A stretch of DNA of 64,000 nucleotides, from positions 25,457-89,456 of the IMG/VR virus record IMGVR_UViG_3300049489_000993. One strand, written 5' to 3'. Of this stretch, positions 54,279 to 63,442 are shown in pieces. Origin of the DNA: a virus. Positions within the stretch are counted from its first letter, which is position 1, and every line of letters starts with the position of its first letter. The position numbers were made by a program, and so were the translations under genes. The notes below the pieces were generated by a model, which saw nothing but the letters and a program-made list of their open reading frames with translations, had not been told where the DNA came from and searched no databases.

Positions 54279-54710
54279 TTACGTCGGCACGCGGGGGGTT
54301 GGTTTGCCGCGTTGCTGCATTAGCAGCACGGCGAGCTTGCGGCGGGCTCGGAGGCCCTTGATCGTTTCGTTGTAGGGGGCTTGCGCTTCGCGGGCTTGGG
54401 CCTTGAGGTCGCGCAGGGTGGCGTCTTTCTCTTTGGCCTGCTCGGTTTCTTCTTCGTGCTCGGAGAGCGTGACGATGTGCTCGCGCAGCTCTTGGTAGTC
54501 CATGTCTTGGATGGCCGAGACGGCTTCCTGCCCGATTTGCTTCTCGAGCTTGGCTTGCACGACAGGATCTACCTCGACGTCTGCCTGCGGTTTTGCCCTT
54601 GGTTGTTTGGAAGCCGCGGCGGCGAGCTGGGCGAAGAGGCCGATGTCGACGGGGCTCGTCGTCTTGCCGCTTGGGCTTGTGAGGGTGACGGTGGTTTTGG
54701 TTTTCGCCAT
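54279..54710 (-). CDS. Hypothetical coiled-coil protein
   Basis: MAKTKTTVTL...; charged helical C-terminus. Confidence 0.6.
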   Translation of the reverse strand: MAKTKTTVTLTSPSGKTTSPVDIGLFAQLAAAASKQPRAKPQADVEVDPVVQAKLEKQIGQEAVSAIQDMDYQELREHIVTLSEHEEETEQAKEKDATLRDLKAQAREAQAPYNETIKGLRARRKLAVLLMQQRGKPTPRVPT

Positions 54711-54795
54711 GGGGAGCACGGTAGCACCGGGTGGGTGGTTGAAAAGGGGTGGGAGTGAGGGGTGTTGCACGCGAATCCTTGTGGGTGGGCCCGCC

Positions 54796-54860
54796 TACGC
54801 TTGTCTCTGTCTTGCATGCAAGAGCAGAGCAAGCGTACCGGCCGTCTTTTGGAGCGTCAA
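54796..54860 (-). promoter_or_regulatory. Sigma70-type promoter overlapped by a 42-bp imperfect palindrome
   Basis: TTGACG(54855-54860)-N17-TACGCT(54832-54837); palindrome TACGCTTG.CTCTG.TCTTGCATGCAAGA.CAGAG.CAAGCGTA spans 54796-54837. Confidence 0.65.
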
Positions 54861-54868
54861 TGGGGCTT

Positions 54869-55273
54869 TCAGGCCGTCGGGACTTCGATCGTGATGCGCT
54901 TGGCCATGAACGAGACCACCATTTGGTCTCCCTTGCTGGCCCCCACGACGGTGACAGGGATACGCAGGAAGGGTCCGCCCGGAGCGACCTCCTGTACGGT
55001 GTACGTCCGGCGCTCGCCGAGCTGCACAGCGGCGCGCCCCTTTCCGTTACTGCGCGGCGCCACCTCGTCGACGTAGAGGGTGAAGTGCGCTGTGTCTTCG
55101 CCGAGGGCGTTGAGGAGAGCTTGAGCCTTGCGCAGCGTGCGAGGAGCGGCGTGGAGCTTGGTGAGCCCAGCCGTATCGCGGTCGGCGCTCAAGTACGCGA
55201 GCACGACATCTTGCGCGGTGACGCGATGGGGGTGTTCTTTGGAAGCCTTGGATTTGGTCTTTCTCGTCGCCAT
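54869..55273 (-). CDS. Putative AbrB/MazE-like DNA-binding protein
   Basis: C-terminal FLRIPVTVVGASKGDQMVVSFMAKRITIE swapped-hairpin pattern. Confidence 0.5.
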   Translation of the reverse strand: MATRKTKSKASKEHPHRVTAQDVVLAYLSADRDTAGLTKLHAAPRTLRKAQALLNALGEDTAHFTLYVDEVAPRSNGKGRAAVQLGERRTYTVQEVAPGGPFLRIPVTVVGASKGDQMVVSFMAKRITIEVPTA

Positions 55274-55293
55274 TGTGCCTTTCAGGGGTGGGG

Positions 55294-55554
55294 TCAGCCG
55301 CAAAAGGAGCGGCGGCACCACGGGCAGCCGGTGAGCATTTCGTGGCGTGCGTGCTCGAGAGTCCAGGTGGGGTGGGTGAAGGCTTGTCGGTGGCAGGAGT
55401 AGCAAAGACCGGCCGGGCACCAGTTGGGCGATTTGTGCTCTATGGCAAGTTGGCCTTGGGCGGCCCGGCAGTCGAGGATGTGTTGGGGGTTGGTTGTCGA
55501 GGTGGGTGCAGGGTTGACGGTGTTGGGGTTGGTTAGGGTTGGTCGCGCGGTCAT
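55294..55554 (-). CDS. Small Cys-rich hypothetical protein
   Basis: CYSC and CPWC pairs. Confidence 0.5.
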   Translation of the reverse strand: MTARPTLTNPNTVNPAPTSTTNPQHILDCRAAQGQLAIEHKSPNWCPAGLCYSCHRQAFTHPTWTLEHARHEMLTGCPWCRRSFCG

Positions 55555-55742
55555 GGTTGTTGTTGGGTGTCGTCTGGGGTGCTGGGTTTGGGTGTCAGGC
55601 GTTCCCTCTCTGCTAACGCGTGGATTTGAGCACCGAACTCTGTGGACGCTTCGATTTCGTCTTGCAGGCGGCGCAGGGTGTTGGATCTTTCAGTTGGATC
55701 GTTTTCGGTGGGTGTGGCGCGGGGTGGGTCGGCGTGCCTCAC
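55551..55742 (-). CDS. Hypothetical protein
   Basis: 63 aa with overlapping start/stop codons at both ends. Confidence 0.4.
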   Translation of the reverse strand: MRHADPPRATPTENDPTERSNTLRRLQDEIEASTEFGAQIHALAERERLTPKPSTPDDTQQQP

Positions 55743-56116
55743 GGCTGGCCACGCGCCTTCTCGATCGCGATCCGCAGCATCATTTGCGTTGTGGACGGCA
55801 GGGGTCGGGCTGCGTCAGCGAACTCCAACGTCTCGAGCGCGTACACACAGGCGGCCAAGAGGTCTGGGGCGGCGGCGATGAGGCACGCGTCAGCGTGCTT
55901 CAATCCTTCGTTGCGGTCGGCCTTGACGAGGTCACCGGGGATGTCCTCGGCCTTGTGCATGATGCCCTCGACGTTGAAGCGCACGGTCGCGTCTTGCATC
56001 CCGTGCCGGACAGCGTCGAGCACAGTCACGCCTGCCCAATGGCGGGAACACAAGCGGGCGCCGTGGTAGCGCATGTCCGAGACCCACAGCCACGGGCCGG
56101 GCGTGTGGTCGCTCAT
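55739..56116 (-). CDS. Conserved phage hypothetical protein
   Basis: HTPGPW...DACLIAAAPDLLAAC motif pair widespread in phage early genes. Confidence 0.7.
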   Translation of the reverse strand: MSDHTPGPWLWVSDMRYHGARLCSRHWAGVTVLDAVRHGMQDATVRFNVEGIMHKAEDIPGDLVKADRNEGLKHADACLIAAAPDLLAACVYALETLEFADAARPLPSTTQMMLRIAIEKARGQP

Positions 56117-56628
56117 AGATCCCACCCGTGCGCGCCCTCATGGTCAAGGGGCAGGATGCACGCCTGCTTGCCGGGCTTGTCGATGGCGCCGCACATGCCG
56201 ACGGCACGACATGCGGCCGTGGCGTGGTGCTCGGGCTCCGCGCTCGGCGGCGTTGGCTTCGGCTCCATCGCCGGGCGGTTGTAGCCGAGCACGTCCTGCA
56301 ACGCCTGCTCGGCCGTGGTGCCTGCGTCGGTCTCGCGCGCATCGTTGCTCAAGTCATCATCCGCGTAGAACTCGAGAGCCTCGCGCATCGTCACGAGCTG
56401 GCGGACGAGGAGCGCGTTGAGGCTCTTGGCTTCGGCCAGCTTGCGGCGGGCGGCGCGCGCATCTTCCAAGTAGCGATTGTTGGCTTGCAGCAAGTCATCC
56501 ACGCGGGCGCGCAACTGTAGGACCTCGGTTGGCCCGTCGGATGTAGTGAGTCCGGCTGCGGTGAACTGTTCTCGCAACTCGCGAGGGACGTCGAAACAAA
56601 CCACGTCAGGTTTGGGCGGACTCGTCAT
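56113..56628 (-). CDS. Hypothetical protein (coiled coil + C-terminal C2H2-like cluster)
   Basis: MREALEFYA; CGA...CILPLDHEGAH; start ATG 56628. Confidence 0.55.
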   Translation of the reverse strand: MTSPPKPDVVCFDVPRELREQFTAAGLTTSDGPTEVLQLRARVDDLLQANNRYLEDARAARRKLAEAKSLNALLVRQLVTMREALEFYADDDLSNDARETDAGTTAEQALQDVLGYNRPAMEPKPTPPSAEPEHHATAACRAVGMCGAIDKPGKQACILPLDHEGAHGWDL

Positions 56629-56807
56629 TTGGAAGGCCCCGCAGAACCGCCCACGTTGGACGCAGTCGGGCTTTGAAAGGTCAGAGTGTACGCGGAGAGG
56701 GTGCAGGGCTCCCCACGCCCTATACGGGCTGCCAGGGCGTCTTGACGGCCCTTTTCGCCAGCCCGGAGGGCTTTGAGAGCCATGGGGAGCCGGTCGTCGG
56801 CGTTCAT
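56625..56807 (-). CDS. Hypothetical protein
   Basis: 60 aa with ATGA overlaps. Confidence 0.4.
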   Translation of the reverse strand: MNADDRLPMALKALRAGEKGRQDALAARIGRGEPCTLSAYTLTFQSPTASNVGGSAGPSK

Positions 56808-57379
56808 CGTTGTCCTTTCGGGTGTGGCGTAGGGGCAACGGCGATCGTCGCTGCCCGCCGGATCTCGATGAGCGCCTGTTCCATGCTGTGCCCGTCGAGC
56901 TTGGCCTGTCCGGCGATGGCGGTGTCCGAGATGGCGGCGAGCACGCGTCGCAATCGGTCGAGGGTACAAGCGGCGCGGAAGGCGAGGGAGACGACGTTGC
57001 CGTCGTTCGTGCATCCGTCGGGGAGGTCGAGGGGGCCAGCATCGCAGAGGAATCGCTCGGTCTCGATCAACCGAATGTGGCACCCCTTGAGACGCCCATG
57101 AAGCGCCCCGGCGTACTGCTCAAGATTGTTCCACGCGGTGCCCGCTTCGAGGCCGAGCCGTTCGGCCATGCGCTTGCGCGTCTCGTTGAACATGGCGCGC
57201 ACGCCAGCGACTTCCGCCACAAGCTCGGCATGCTCGCCCCCATGCTTGGCCTCGCCCAGCACAACCCACTCGCGCAGCTCACCGAGCGAAACGCCTGGTA
57301 AAACCTCATGGGTATCCGCCGCGACGGGATGGAGCCGCACCTGCTCCTTGGCCCATGCAAACAGATTTGGCGTGCTCAT
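56804..57379 (-). CDS. Hypothetical protein
   Basis: MSTPNLFAWAKEQ..., packed ORF. Confidence 0.5.
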   Translation of the reverse strand: MSTPNLFAWAKEQVRLHPVAADTHEVLPGVSLGELREWVVLGEAKHGGEHAELVAEVAGVRAMFNETRKRMAERLGLEAGTAWNNLEQYAGALHGRLKGCHIRLIETERFLCDAGPLDLPDGCTNDGNVVSLAFRAACTLDRLRRVLAAISDTAIAGQAKLDGHSMEQALIEIRRAATIAVAPTPHPKGQR

Positions 57380-57387
57380 GCCTTGGT

Positions 57388-57576
57388 CTAACGCGGCTCT
57401 TTCGGCATCGCTTCTCGGAGCTTCTCGAGGCGGCCCCGCGTACGCGCAGCCGCCGATCGGCGATCGGGTCGCTCGCTCCAACTCGCCGGTGGCGACTGGG
57501 CCGCGACGTCGAGCGCATCGAGGAGCACTTCCAGCTCGAACAGCGTCAACGCGAGCTTGACGGTGTTGGCGCTCAT
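57388..57576 (-). CDS. Hypothetical protein
   Basis: MSANTVKLALTLFELEVLLDAL...; ATGA overlap. Confidence 0.45.
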   Translation of the reverse strand: MSANTVKLALTLFELEVLLDALDVAAQSPPASWSERPDRRSAAARTRGRLEKLREAMPKEPR

Positions 57577-57818
57577 GCCTCGACGTGAGCCGAGCGGTTG
57601 CCGAACTCGGCGAGGAGCGGGGTCAGGGCGCCTTGCAGATTTTCGACGGCGGTGCCGTTCACATCGCGGCGGACGAGAGTGAACACCTCGCGACCTTTGC
57701 CGGGCCACCAAGAGAGGCGGATGCGTCCGCCGTTGCGGGCGGCGGCGGTCGCGAGCACGACCTCCGCGGCTTCCATGCTGCGTTGGATGTCGACGAGGTT
57801 GAAGATTGGCTTAGGCAT
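57573..57818 (-). CDS. Hypothetical protein
   Basis: MPKPIFNLVDIQ..., packed ORF. Confidence 0.45.
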   Translation of the reverse strand: MPKPIFNLVDIQRSMEAAEVVLATAAARNGGRIRLSWWPGKGREVFTLVRRDVNGTAVENLQGALTPLLAEFGNRSAHVEA

Positions 57819-58386
57819 CGTGTTGGATCTCGGTGGGTGGTTTTCGTCGAGAGACTTCGCGGTAGAGGATCGTGCCGAAAGGGTTTTCGCCGTGCGCCTC
57901 GAAGGCGCGCACGGTGCCGTCTGGTAGGGACCGGACGATAGACGGTGGGAGCGGGGTGGGCCATTCCAGGGTGCGGGATTCACAGTCGCAGGCGGTCACG
58001 AATCGGATTGCGGCGGTGCGGAGGCGCTTGGCGGGCAGCGGTGCGAGCGTTGGGGTGTGGTCGCGGACGGGGGTGAAGGTGGCGCTCAAGCGGTACGCCG
58101 CCGACGCGGGGTCTTGCTGCCAATGCAGGAGGGTGACGGGCGCTTCCATCTCGACGAGGAGCGGCGAGATCTGCTCGAAGCAGACGCGGCCGATGGTTTG
58201 AGCGAGGTCGCATGCGGCCATGCTGTGAATCTGCACCCAAGTGTTGCGGAACACTTCGGAGTCGCAGTAGCGCAAGCGGCCGGGCTCGAACGGAACGACG
58301 GCCGAGACCGTCCAGGGGGAGGGGTGCCGCCATGCTTTGGGGCTTTGGCGTTTCACAGCTTTCGGAGCGGGTGCTTGGGATTGCAT
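57811..58386 (-). CDS. Hypothetical protein
   Basis: MQSQAPAPK..., packed ORF; start uncertain. Confidence 0.45.
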   Translation of the reverse strand: MQSQAPAPKAVKRQSPKAWRHPSPWTVSAVVPFEPGRLRYCDSEVFRNTWVQIHSMAACDLAQTIGRVCFEQISPLLVEMEAPVTLLHWQQDPASAAYRLSATFTPVRDHTPTLAPLPAKRLRTAAIRFVTACDCESRTLEWPTPLPPSIVRSLPDGTVRAFEAHGENPFGTILYREVSRRKPPTEIQHDA

Positions 58387-58817
58387 GACTGCGCCAGAGG
58401 GAGGAGGGCGATTTCGGTGAGCTTGATCTGCTCTATCACTTCGATTTGATCGATGCGCGAGGTTTTCAGGATGCGCCCACCGCAGCCGGCGCCGAGCTTT
58501 GGGAGGAGGGCTTCCAGCTCGGCGGGGGTCAGGATGGCGGGGGCCAGCTCGGCGTGAATGTGCAGGGTTTTGTCTTGGATCGTTTGGGTGCCGGGCACGG
58601 TCTTCCCGAGGATCATGGAGGTGAACTCCCAAGTCACAGGCACCTCGTGGCGATCGAGCCATTCGCCGATCGTGTCGAGGCAACATGAGCTGAACGCGCT
58701 CTGCATCCGCGGGTCCACGATGCTCGAAGCCACAGGCATGTCGACGCGCATCGTCGCCCCTTGCCACGGGTTCATCCGAGCGGCCATGAACGCGATGGGG
58801 TCAGCATGCTCAACCAT
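58353..58817 (-). CDS. Hypothetical protein
   Basis: 154 aa, overlaps methyltransferase stop. Confidence 0.5.
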   Translation of the reverse strand: MVEHADPIAFMAARMNPWQGATMRVDMPVASSIVDPRMQSAFSSCCLDTIGEWLDRHEVPVTWEFTSMILGKTVPGTQTIQDKTLHIHAELAPAILTPAELEALLPKLGAGCGGRILKTSRIDQIEVIEQIKLTEIALLPLAQSCNPKHPLRKL

Positions 58818-59667
58818 TCTTGGATTCTACCGCGCGGGTGGGATCTGCGGCGGGCCGCCATTCCCCGTCGATGGGCTCCAGCCATTCCCGCTTGAACACG
58901 TTGCACATCCAATCGCGGAAGCCCGCGAGGTCAATGTCATTGACGATCGGCTGGCACCCGGCGCGGAGGATCCCCTCAGCGTGCGTACCCACGCCCACAA
59001 AGGGGTCCAAGATTCGACCGCCAGGCGCGGCCATCGCGCGCGTGAGGATCGTGGCAACCTCCACAGGTTTCGCTGTCGCACCTCGTAGCGTTGCACCCTT
59101 GGGTTTTCGAGGCGGGCGAGGCGAGAGGAACACGTTGAGGAATCGCTCGCGCAGTTGGCTTTTTCCCTTCTCGAGGATGAGGATTGTCTCGTGACAAGCG
59201 ACGCCGTGGTAGCCCATGCCGCCCTGGAGCTTCACCGGGCCGTCGCCCGTTCGATCCACCGCGGTCTTTACCCACAGGGCAGGCGTCCACCAACCCCACC
59301 CAATCGAGTCGCGCGGGGCCTCCGACGTCGGCCGGTTCACGAGATTCAAAAGGGCGGGCGCGACGCCAAGCTCATGCGCGAGCAAGAGCGCGCTCGAGGA
59401 ATCGACGTAGACGAACGCGTATGCGTTTTTGTCGAGAGCCTTGTAGATGCCCTCGAGCGCCCGGCACAACTTTGTCGTCGACAAGGTGCCGAACCACGGG
59501 TTGTCACTCTTGGTGCTGGCCGTCAGGCGCGTCGTCGTGCCTCGCGCCCGATGACGCTCGAGGGTGTCGTACGGCAGATCGGTCAAGCACCCTTGGAGCT
59601 TCGCACCCTCGAGCCCAGCGAGGAACGCGAAGCAATCTCCTTCCGATGCGAGGATGGGCAGCGTCAT
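58810..59667 (-). CDS. DNA N6-adenine/N4-cytosine methyltransferase (beta-class order)
   Basis: Catalytic motif IV variant LTDLPY near N-terminus; TAKPVEV; SAM-binding ILDPFVGVGT near C-terminus. Confidence 0.75.
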   Translation of the reverse strand: MTLPILASEGDCFAFLAGLEGAKLQGCLTDLPYDTLERHRARGTTTRLTASTKSDNPWFGTLSTTKLCRALEGIYKALDKNAYAFVYVDSSSALLLAHELGVAPALLNLVNRPTSEAPRDSIGWGWWTPALWVKTAVDRTGDGPVKLQGGMGYHGVACHETILILEKGKSQLRERFLNVFLSPRPPRKPKGATLRGATAKPVEVATILTRAMAAPGGRILDPFVGVGTHAEGILRAGCQPIVNDIDLAGFRDWMCNVFKREWLEPIDGEWRPAADPTRAVESKNG

Positions 59668-60020
59668 CGGCGCGCCTTGGCCTTCTCTGCCAGGAGCGAC
59701 GCCACGACGTGGTGGGGCCGGTCATCGGCGCCCAGGCCCACCAGCTCGGCCTCGAGCAAGAACAGGAGCGAGCACGCAGCGCCCGCGAGGTGGGGCAGGC
59801 CCGTTTCCGGGTCGACGTCGTCGCCCCGCCACCACGCGAACAGGTGGCGCAGCGTCGCCGCGTAATAGCGACTGCGTAGGTCGACCAAGCGCCAGTTGTG
59901 GGAAGCGTATTTGCGCGCGCCAAAGGCGAGCACCTCCCCCACTTTCTCGAGCGCCACCGTCGGTAGAAGGTGCAGCGGATTCTTCTCGCCGTCATGCTTG
60001 ACGAAGCTGGCCGGGCTCAT
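59664..60020 (-). CDS. dATP/dGTP diphosphohydrolase domain protein (DUF5664-like)
   Basis: KHDGEK...LLP...VLAFGARKY..HNW...YYAATLRHL..WWRGDDVDPETGLPHLA.A.C..LFL. Confidence 0.8.
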   Translation of the reverse strand: MSPASFVKHDGEKNPLHLLPTVALEKVGEVLAFGARKYASHNWRLVDLRSRYYAATLRHLFAWWRGDDVDPETGLPHLAGAACSLLFLLEAELVGLGADDRPHHVVASLLAEKAKARR

Positions 60021-60415
60021 TCGCTCACGCTCCAAAACTTCTCCGGGGGGATGCCCAGCCCAGTCGAGACCGCTTCGATGGTCTCGACCAGCCAATGCTT
60101 GTCTTGGTTTCGCAGGCCGCGCGCGAGCGTGGCGCGGGAGACCCCCGTACGGCGCACCACCTCATCCCAGGTGAGGTTTTGCTCATCCATGGCCTCTTGG
60201 ATGGCGGCGGCGAACCGGCGGCGAAGCTGGAGCGTTTTACGCGCTCTGGGGACCGTGTGCGAGGGGGCCGTCTGCGGAGTAAGCGCGGACAGCTTGGCGT
60301 GAGTCTCCTCACCATCCACCCACAACACGCGGGCGGTGTCCGCCGCTTCGTCGACGGCGACTACGCGCCCCAAACGTCCGCGCACATTCTCCACTACGTC
60401 GTCGCACTTCACCAT
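60017..60415 (-). CDS. XRE-type HTH regulator with N-terminal SH3-like domain
   Basis: IQEAMDEQNLTWDEVVRRTGVSRATLAR...TIEAVSTGLGI. Confidence 0.7.
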   Translation of the reverse strand: MVKCDDVVENVRGRLGRVVAVDEAADTARVLWVDGEETHAKLSALTPQTAPSHTVPRARKTLQLRRRFAAAIQEAMDEQNLTWDEVVRRTGVSRATLARGLRNQDKHWLVETIEAVSTGLGIPPEKFWSVSE

Positions 60416-60464
60416 GTCCAGCCCGTCGAAAGTTGGTTCCTTGGGGATCTAACGCGCGGGGGCG

Positions 60465-61307
60465 CTACGGGTTGGCTTTCAACCACGCGGATGCCGACGC
60501 CTCGCCACCGCGGATCATTTCGTCGGCGTCTTGCTGGGACACCTTGAAAGCGAGACCGGAGCCGGGGGCGTCGAGCATGATGGTGCGCGCCTTGAGCGCC
60601 GCGGCCATGTGCGCGGTCGAACACCCCTCGATCATGTCGTCGATGTTGTCGAGGTTGAACTCAACTTTGTTCTTGAACGACTGCACCGCCCTGCCCTGCA
60701 CGCCGGGATGCAAGATCGCCTTGTCGGCTCGGGGGCGGAAGCGCAGGCCGACGACGTCGGAGTCGGCGACGTCGTTGAAGTAGTCAAGGGGGTAGTTGGC
60801 GCGCGTGCCGCCGTCGGTGTGCCAGTGTCCCTTGATCTGCACGGCATCGAAGCCTGGCAGGGACATCGTCGCCCGGCCGGCGATGGCGGGCTCCACCTTG
60901 TCGTCGGCGCCCCACACCTTGCAGGCGTCGGCGGTGCGGTCGCTCGTCACGACGTAGGCGGGCAGGGTGAGCTTGCCCCAATCGGCGGGGAGGGCTTGTC
61001 GGAGCACGGCCAGAATCTTGTCGCCCTTGTAGAGCCCGTGCCAGAACTGGGGCCAGCGGATGCCGCCGAGGTCCAGGAGCTTGTCGATCTCGAATCCGCG
61101 CGCGAAGTCTTCCAGCGCGTCGATTACCTCGAGCGGAGCGCGGTGGTTGTAATGCGCCGCGACGTAGAGCGCGACGAGCCCGCCCCCCGACGTGCCCATG
61201 ATGCGCTTGGGCAGCCGGCCCGCGGCGAACAGCACGCGCAGGGCGCCAATGAACACGAAAAACTTGGTACCGGAGCCGCTCAGCACGTAGGACGTCGGGC
61301 GAATCAT
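60465..61307 (-). CDS. Patatin-like phospholipase
   Basis: VLSGSGTK oxyanion loop, GTSGG nucleophile elbow, ATMSLPGF, catalytic DGG...NYP. Confidence 0.85.
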   Translation of the reverse strand: MIRPTSYVLSGSGTKFFVFIGALRVLFAAGRLPKRIMGTSGGGLVALYVAAHYNHRAPLEVIDALEDFARGFEIDKLLDLGGIRWPQFWHGLYKGDKILAVLRQALPADWGKLTLPAYVVTSDRTADACKVWGADDKVEPAIAGRATMSLPGFDAVQIKGHWHTDGGTRANYPLDYFNDVADSDVVGLRFRPRADKAILHPGVQGRAVQSFKNKVEFNLDNIDDMIEGCSTAHMAAALKARTIMLDAPGSGLAFKVSQQDADEMIRGGEASASAWLKANP

Positions 61308-61327
61308 GGGCCACCTCGTGGCGAATC

Positions 61328-61792
61328 CTACGCGCCGGTGACGCGCCAAACGATGGCGCCGCGCCCGCTGCGGGTGTCGCGGCGAGCGCCGGAGTCTTGG
61401 ATCTTGCCGAGCTTCATCAGCTCATGGAGGCGAGCACTTGCGGTCTGATGGCGAAGGTCGAGCTGTTCTTCGATCTCGTCGCAGGTGAGCCCGGCGAGGG
61501 CAGCTTGGATCGTTTCGAGCACGAGCCCTTGCAGCGTGCTCGCGTCGATGGAGGAGAGCGCATCCAGGGAGGTCGCTTGCGCTCGTTTCCGTTGCCGCTG
61601 GGCTCGGCGCGCGTCGTAGGCGGCCTGCTCACCATCGTGAGCGGCGCGACATTGCGCGTGCCATTGCCGGGGCATGCCCGCTTGCGTGGTCGCCAGCACG
61701 ATCTCCCCCGCGAGCGGTCCTGCACAGCGCGGGCACAGCGTCGGCGTCTCGACGGGCAGACCGAAGTCGAGCAAGAGCTGCGCGTCAGGCAT
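61328..61792 (-). CDS. Zn-finger + winged-helix DNA-binding protein
   Basis: CPRC...HAQC; GLTCDEIEEQLDLRHQTASARLHELMKLGKI...RDTRSGRGAIVW. Confidence 0.7.
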   Translation of the reverse strand: MPDAQLLLDFGLPVETPTLCPRCAGPLAGEIVLATTQAGMPRQWHAQCRAAHDGEQAAYDARRAQRQRKRAQATSLDALSSIDASTLQGLVLETIQAALAGLTCDEIEEQLDLRHQTASARLHELMKLGKIQDSGARRDTRSGRGAIVWRVTGA

Positions 61793-63053
61793 CGCGCAGC
61801 GCCCGCATAGGCTGGCCCACCGCGGTCACTGTGGGGTGCCAGAGCAGCACAGAATCGGTGTCGGTGGCGCCGAACCCGAGCACCATTTGCTCGGGGGGGC
61901 AGACGTCGACGAAGCGTTGGAGGTTCTTGGTGGACACGCAGATGCGGAACACGCCGGTGCCGCCCGCGAGCCCGCCAGGCATTCCCCCCGATGCAGGCTG
62001 CACGCGGCAAGGCACGCTCACCACACATTCGGCGAGCTGCCCATCATCGCCACCGCGCAGCTCCAAGCGGTGGGCCGCCTCGGCCGCCACCACGTACAGC
62101 TTCGTCGACGACGTCTGCGCCTGCACGATCTTCATGTCGCGTAGAGCTTCGGCCAACGCCGTCTTCGCCAACTCCACCAAAAAGGCGGGCGTCTGACTCG
62201 CGATCATGCGCCCCACATCGGCGTAACCGGCCGCATCCCACGGGCGCACGATGCGGTACTCGCCAGTGGCGGGGTCGCAGATCACCGCGAGGCCGGTCTC
62301 CGTCACGCCCATGAACGCTTTGCCATCCGCGTCTCCCGTGACGCCGTCGAAGGCGCCATGCGGCAGGACAAGCGCCGGCAGCGAAGCGTCACAGAACCCG
62401 CCCGCACGCACGAGGGCCGAGTGCTTGTCGGTGGCGTAGCAGGCACCAGCCGCGAGCAAGACGCCGGTGTAGATCGGGTCGGGAACCTTTGGGTCCACGA
62501 AGGGCAGGACGCGCGTGAAAATCGTCGGGTCGACGCGCTGCCACGCGAGCGTGGTGGGCACAGAGAGAATCTCACGCTCCTCGCCCGCGTACACCGCGAG
62601 GGTGAAACGCCGCCGCTCCACTTCGATCTGGAGGCGCCCGGCGCTGTTGAGCGTGAGGTGCGCCTCGGAGCCGGCCAGCCGCAGCGCGCGGTATAGGCGC
62701 TTGCCGTCCACCTTGATGCCCGCTTCAGGCAGGAGCGGGGCCGCAACGGGCACGATCGCCGTGCCGCGCCATCCAGCACCGATCACTGCCTGCTGGGTGA
62801 GCCAGACGTAAGGCGCGGCCTCGTCGAGAAACCGACAGGCGGCGAGCACGCGCTTGGCCAGATTGCTCTCGGGGGCGGATTGAGCCGCCGCGTCCGCCTG
62901 CTCAGCGGGAGCCGGGGCGCGCTCCACTACCTCATGCGCGCCGAGCGCGGCGTCGACGGAGAGGAGAGCTTCACCGGCGCGGTGGATACCGTCCGAGGGC
63001 TCGGCAATGGGCGCAGTCGTGGTGGCTTTCTTGGTGCGTTTCTTCGTCGCCAT
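61785..63053 (-). CDS. DNA polymerase III beta sliding clamp-like protein
   Basis: Three-domain size; clamp-like motifs VDGKRLYRAL, DPIYTGVLL, CYATDKH, LVLP, YADVGRMI, ICVSTKNLQRFV...MVLGF; GGAG SD before ATG 63053. Confidence 0.65.
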   Translation of the reverse strand: MATKKRTKKATTTAPIAEPSDGIHRAGEALLSVDAALGAHEVVERAPAPAEQADAAAQSAPESNLAKRVLAACRFLDEAAPYVWLTQQAVIGAGWRGTAIVPVAAPLLPEAGIKVDGKRLYRALRLAGSEAHLTLNSAGRLQIEVERRRFTLAVYAGEEREILSVPTTLAWQRVDPTIFTRVLPFVDPKVPDPIYTGVLLAAGACYATDKHSALVRAGGFCDASLPALVLPHGAFDGVTGDADGKAFMGVTETGLAVICDPATGEYRIVRPWDAAGYADVGRMIASQTPAFLVELAKTALAEALRDMKIVQAQTSSTKLYVVAAEAAHRLELRGGDDGQLAECVVSVPCRVQPASGGMPGGLAGGTGVFRICVSTKNLQRFVDVCPPEQMVLGFGATDTDSVLLWHPTVTAVGQPMRALRDA

Positions 63054-63192
63054 GTGGTGCTCCCAAAAGGTCAAGAATCTCGGACGCGGTCACGAGCTTG
63101 TGGACGAGGGCGTGGTCGTGGGCGAGGAGGGGAAGGGCAGCGGCGCAGAGTGCCCGATGCTCGGCGTGGGTGAGCACCAGCAATCGATCCAT
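62971..63192 (-). CDS. Hypothetical protein
   Basis: 73 aa, starts 2 nt after upstream stop; overlaps clamp gene 5' end. Confidence 0.35.
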   Translation of the reverse strand: MDRLLVLTHAEHRALCAAALPLLAHDHALVHKLVTASEILDLLGAPHGDEETHQESHHDCAHCRALGRYPPRR

Positions 63193-63193
63193 G

Positions 63194-63442
63194 TCACCCT
63201 CGCCGCTGCCATTCCGCGAACTCGGCGGTCACCTCGTCGAGAAACCCGCGCCACATGACGGCATAGAACCGGACAAGCATTCCCAGCTTGATCGCGTCGT
63301 TGCCCGACTGTGCGACGATTTCGTGCATCGCGGTTTCCGCGACTTTGCCTCGCTCGCCCATGCGCGAGACCATGGCGATCAGCGCGCGGCGTACAATCTT
63401 GATCTCGTCGTCGGTGGGCAGCGGTTGCAGGTCAAAGTCCAT
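63194..63442 (-). CDS. Hypothetical protein
   Basis: 82 aa helical ORF. Confidence 0.55.
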   Translation of the reverse strand: MDFDLQPLPTDDEIKIVRRALIAMVSRMGERGKVAETAMHEIVAQSGNDAIKLGMLVRFYAVMWRGFLDEVTAEFAEWQRRG

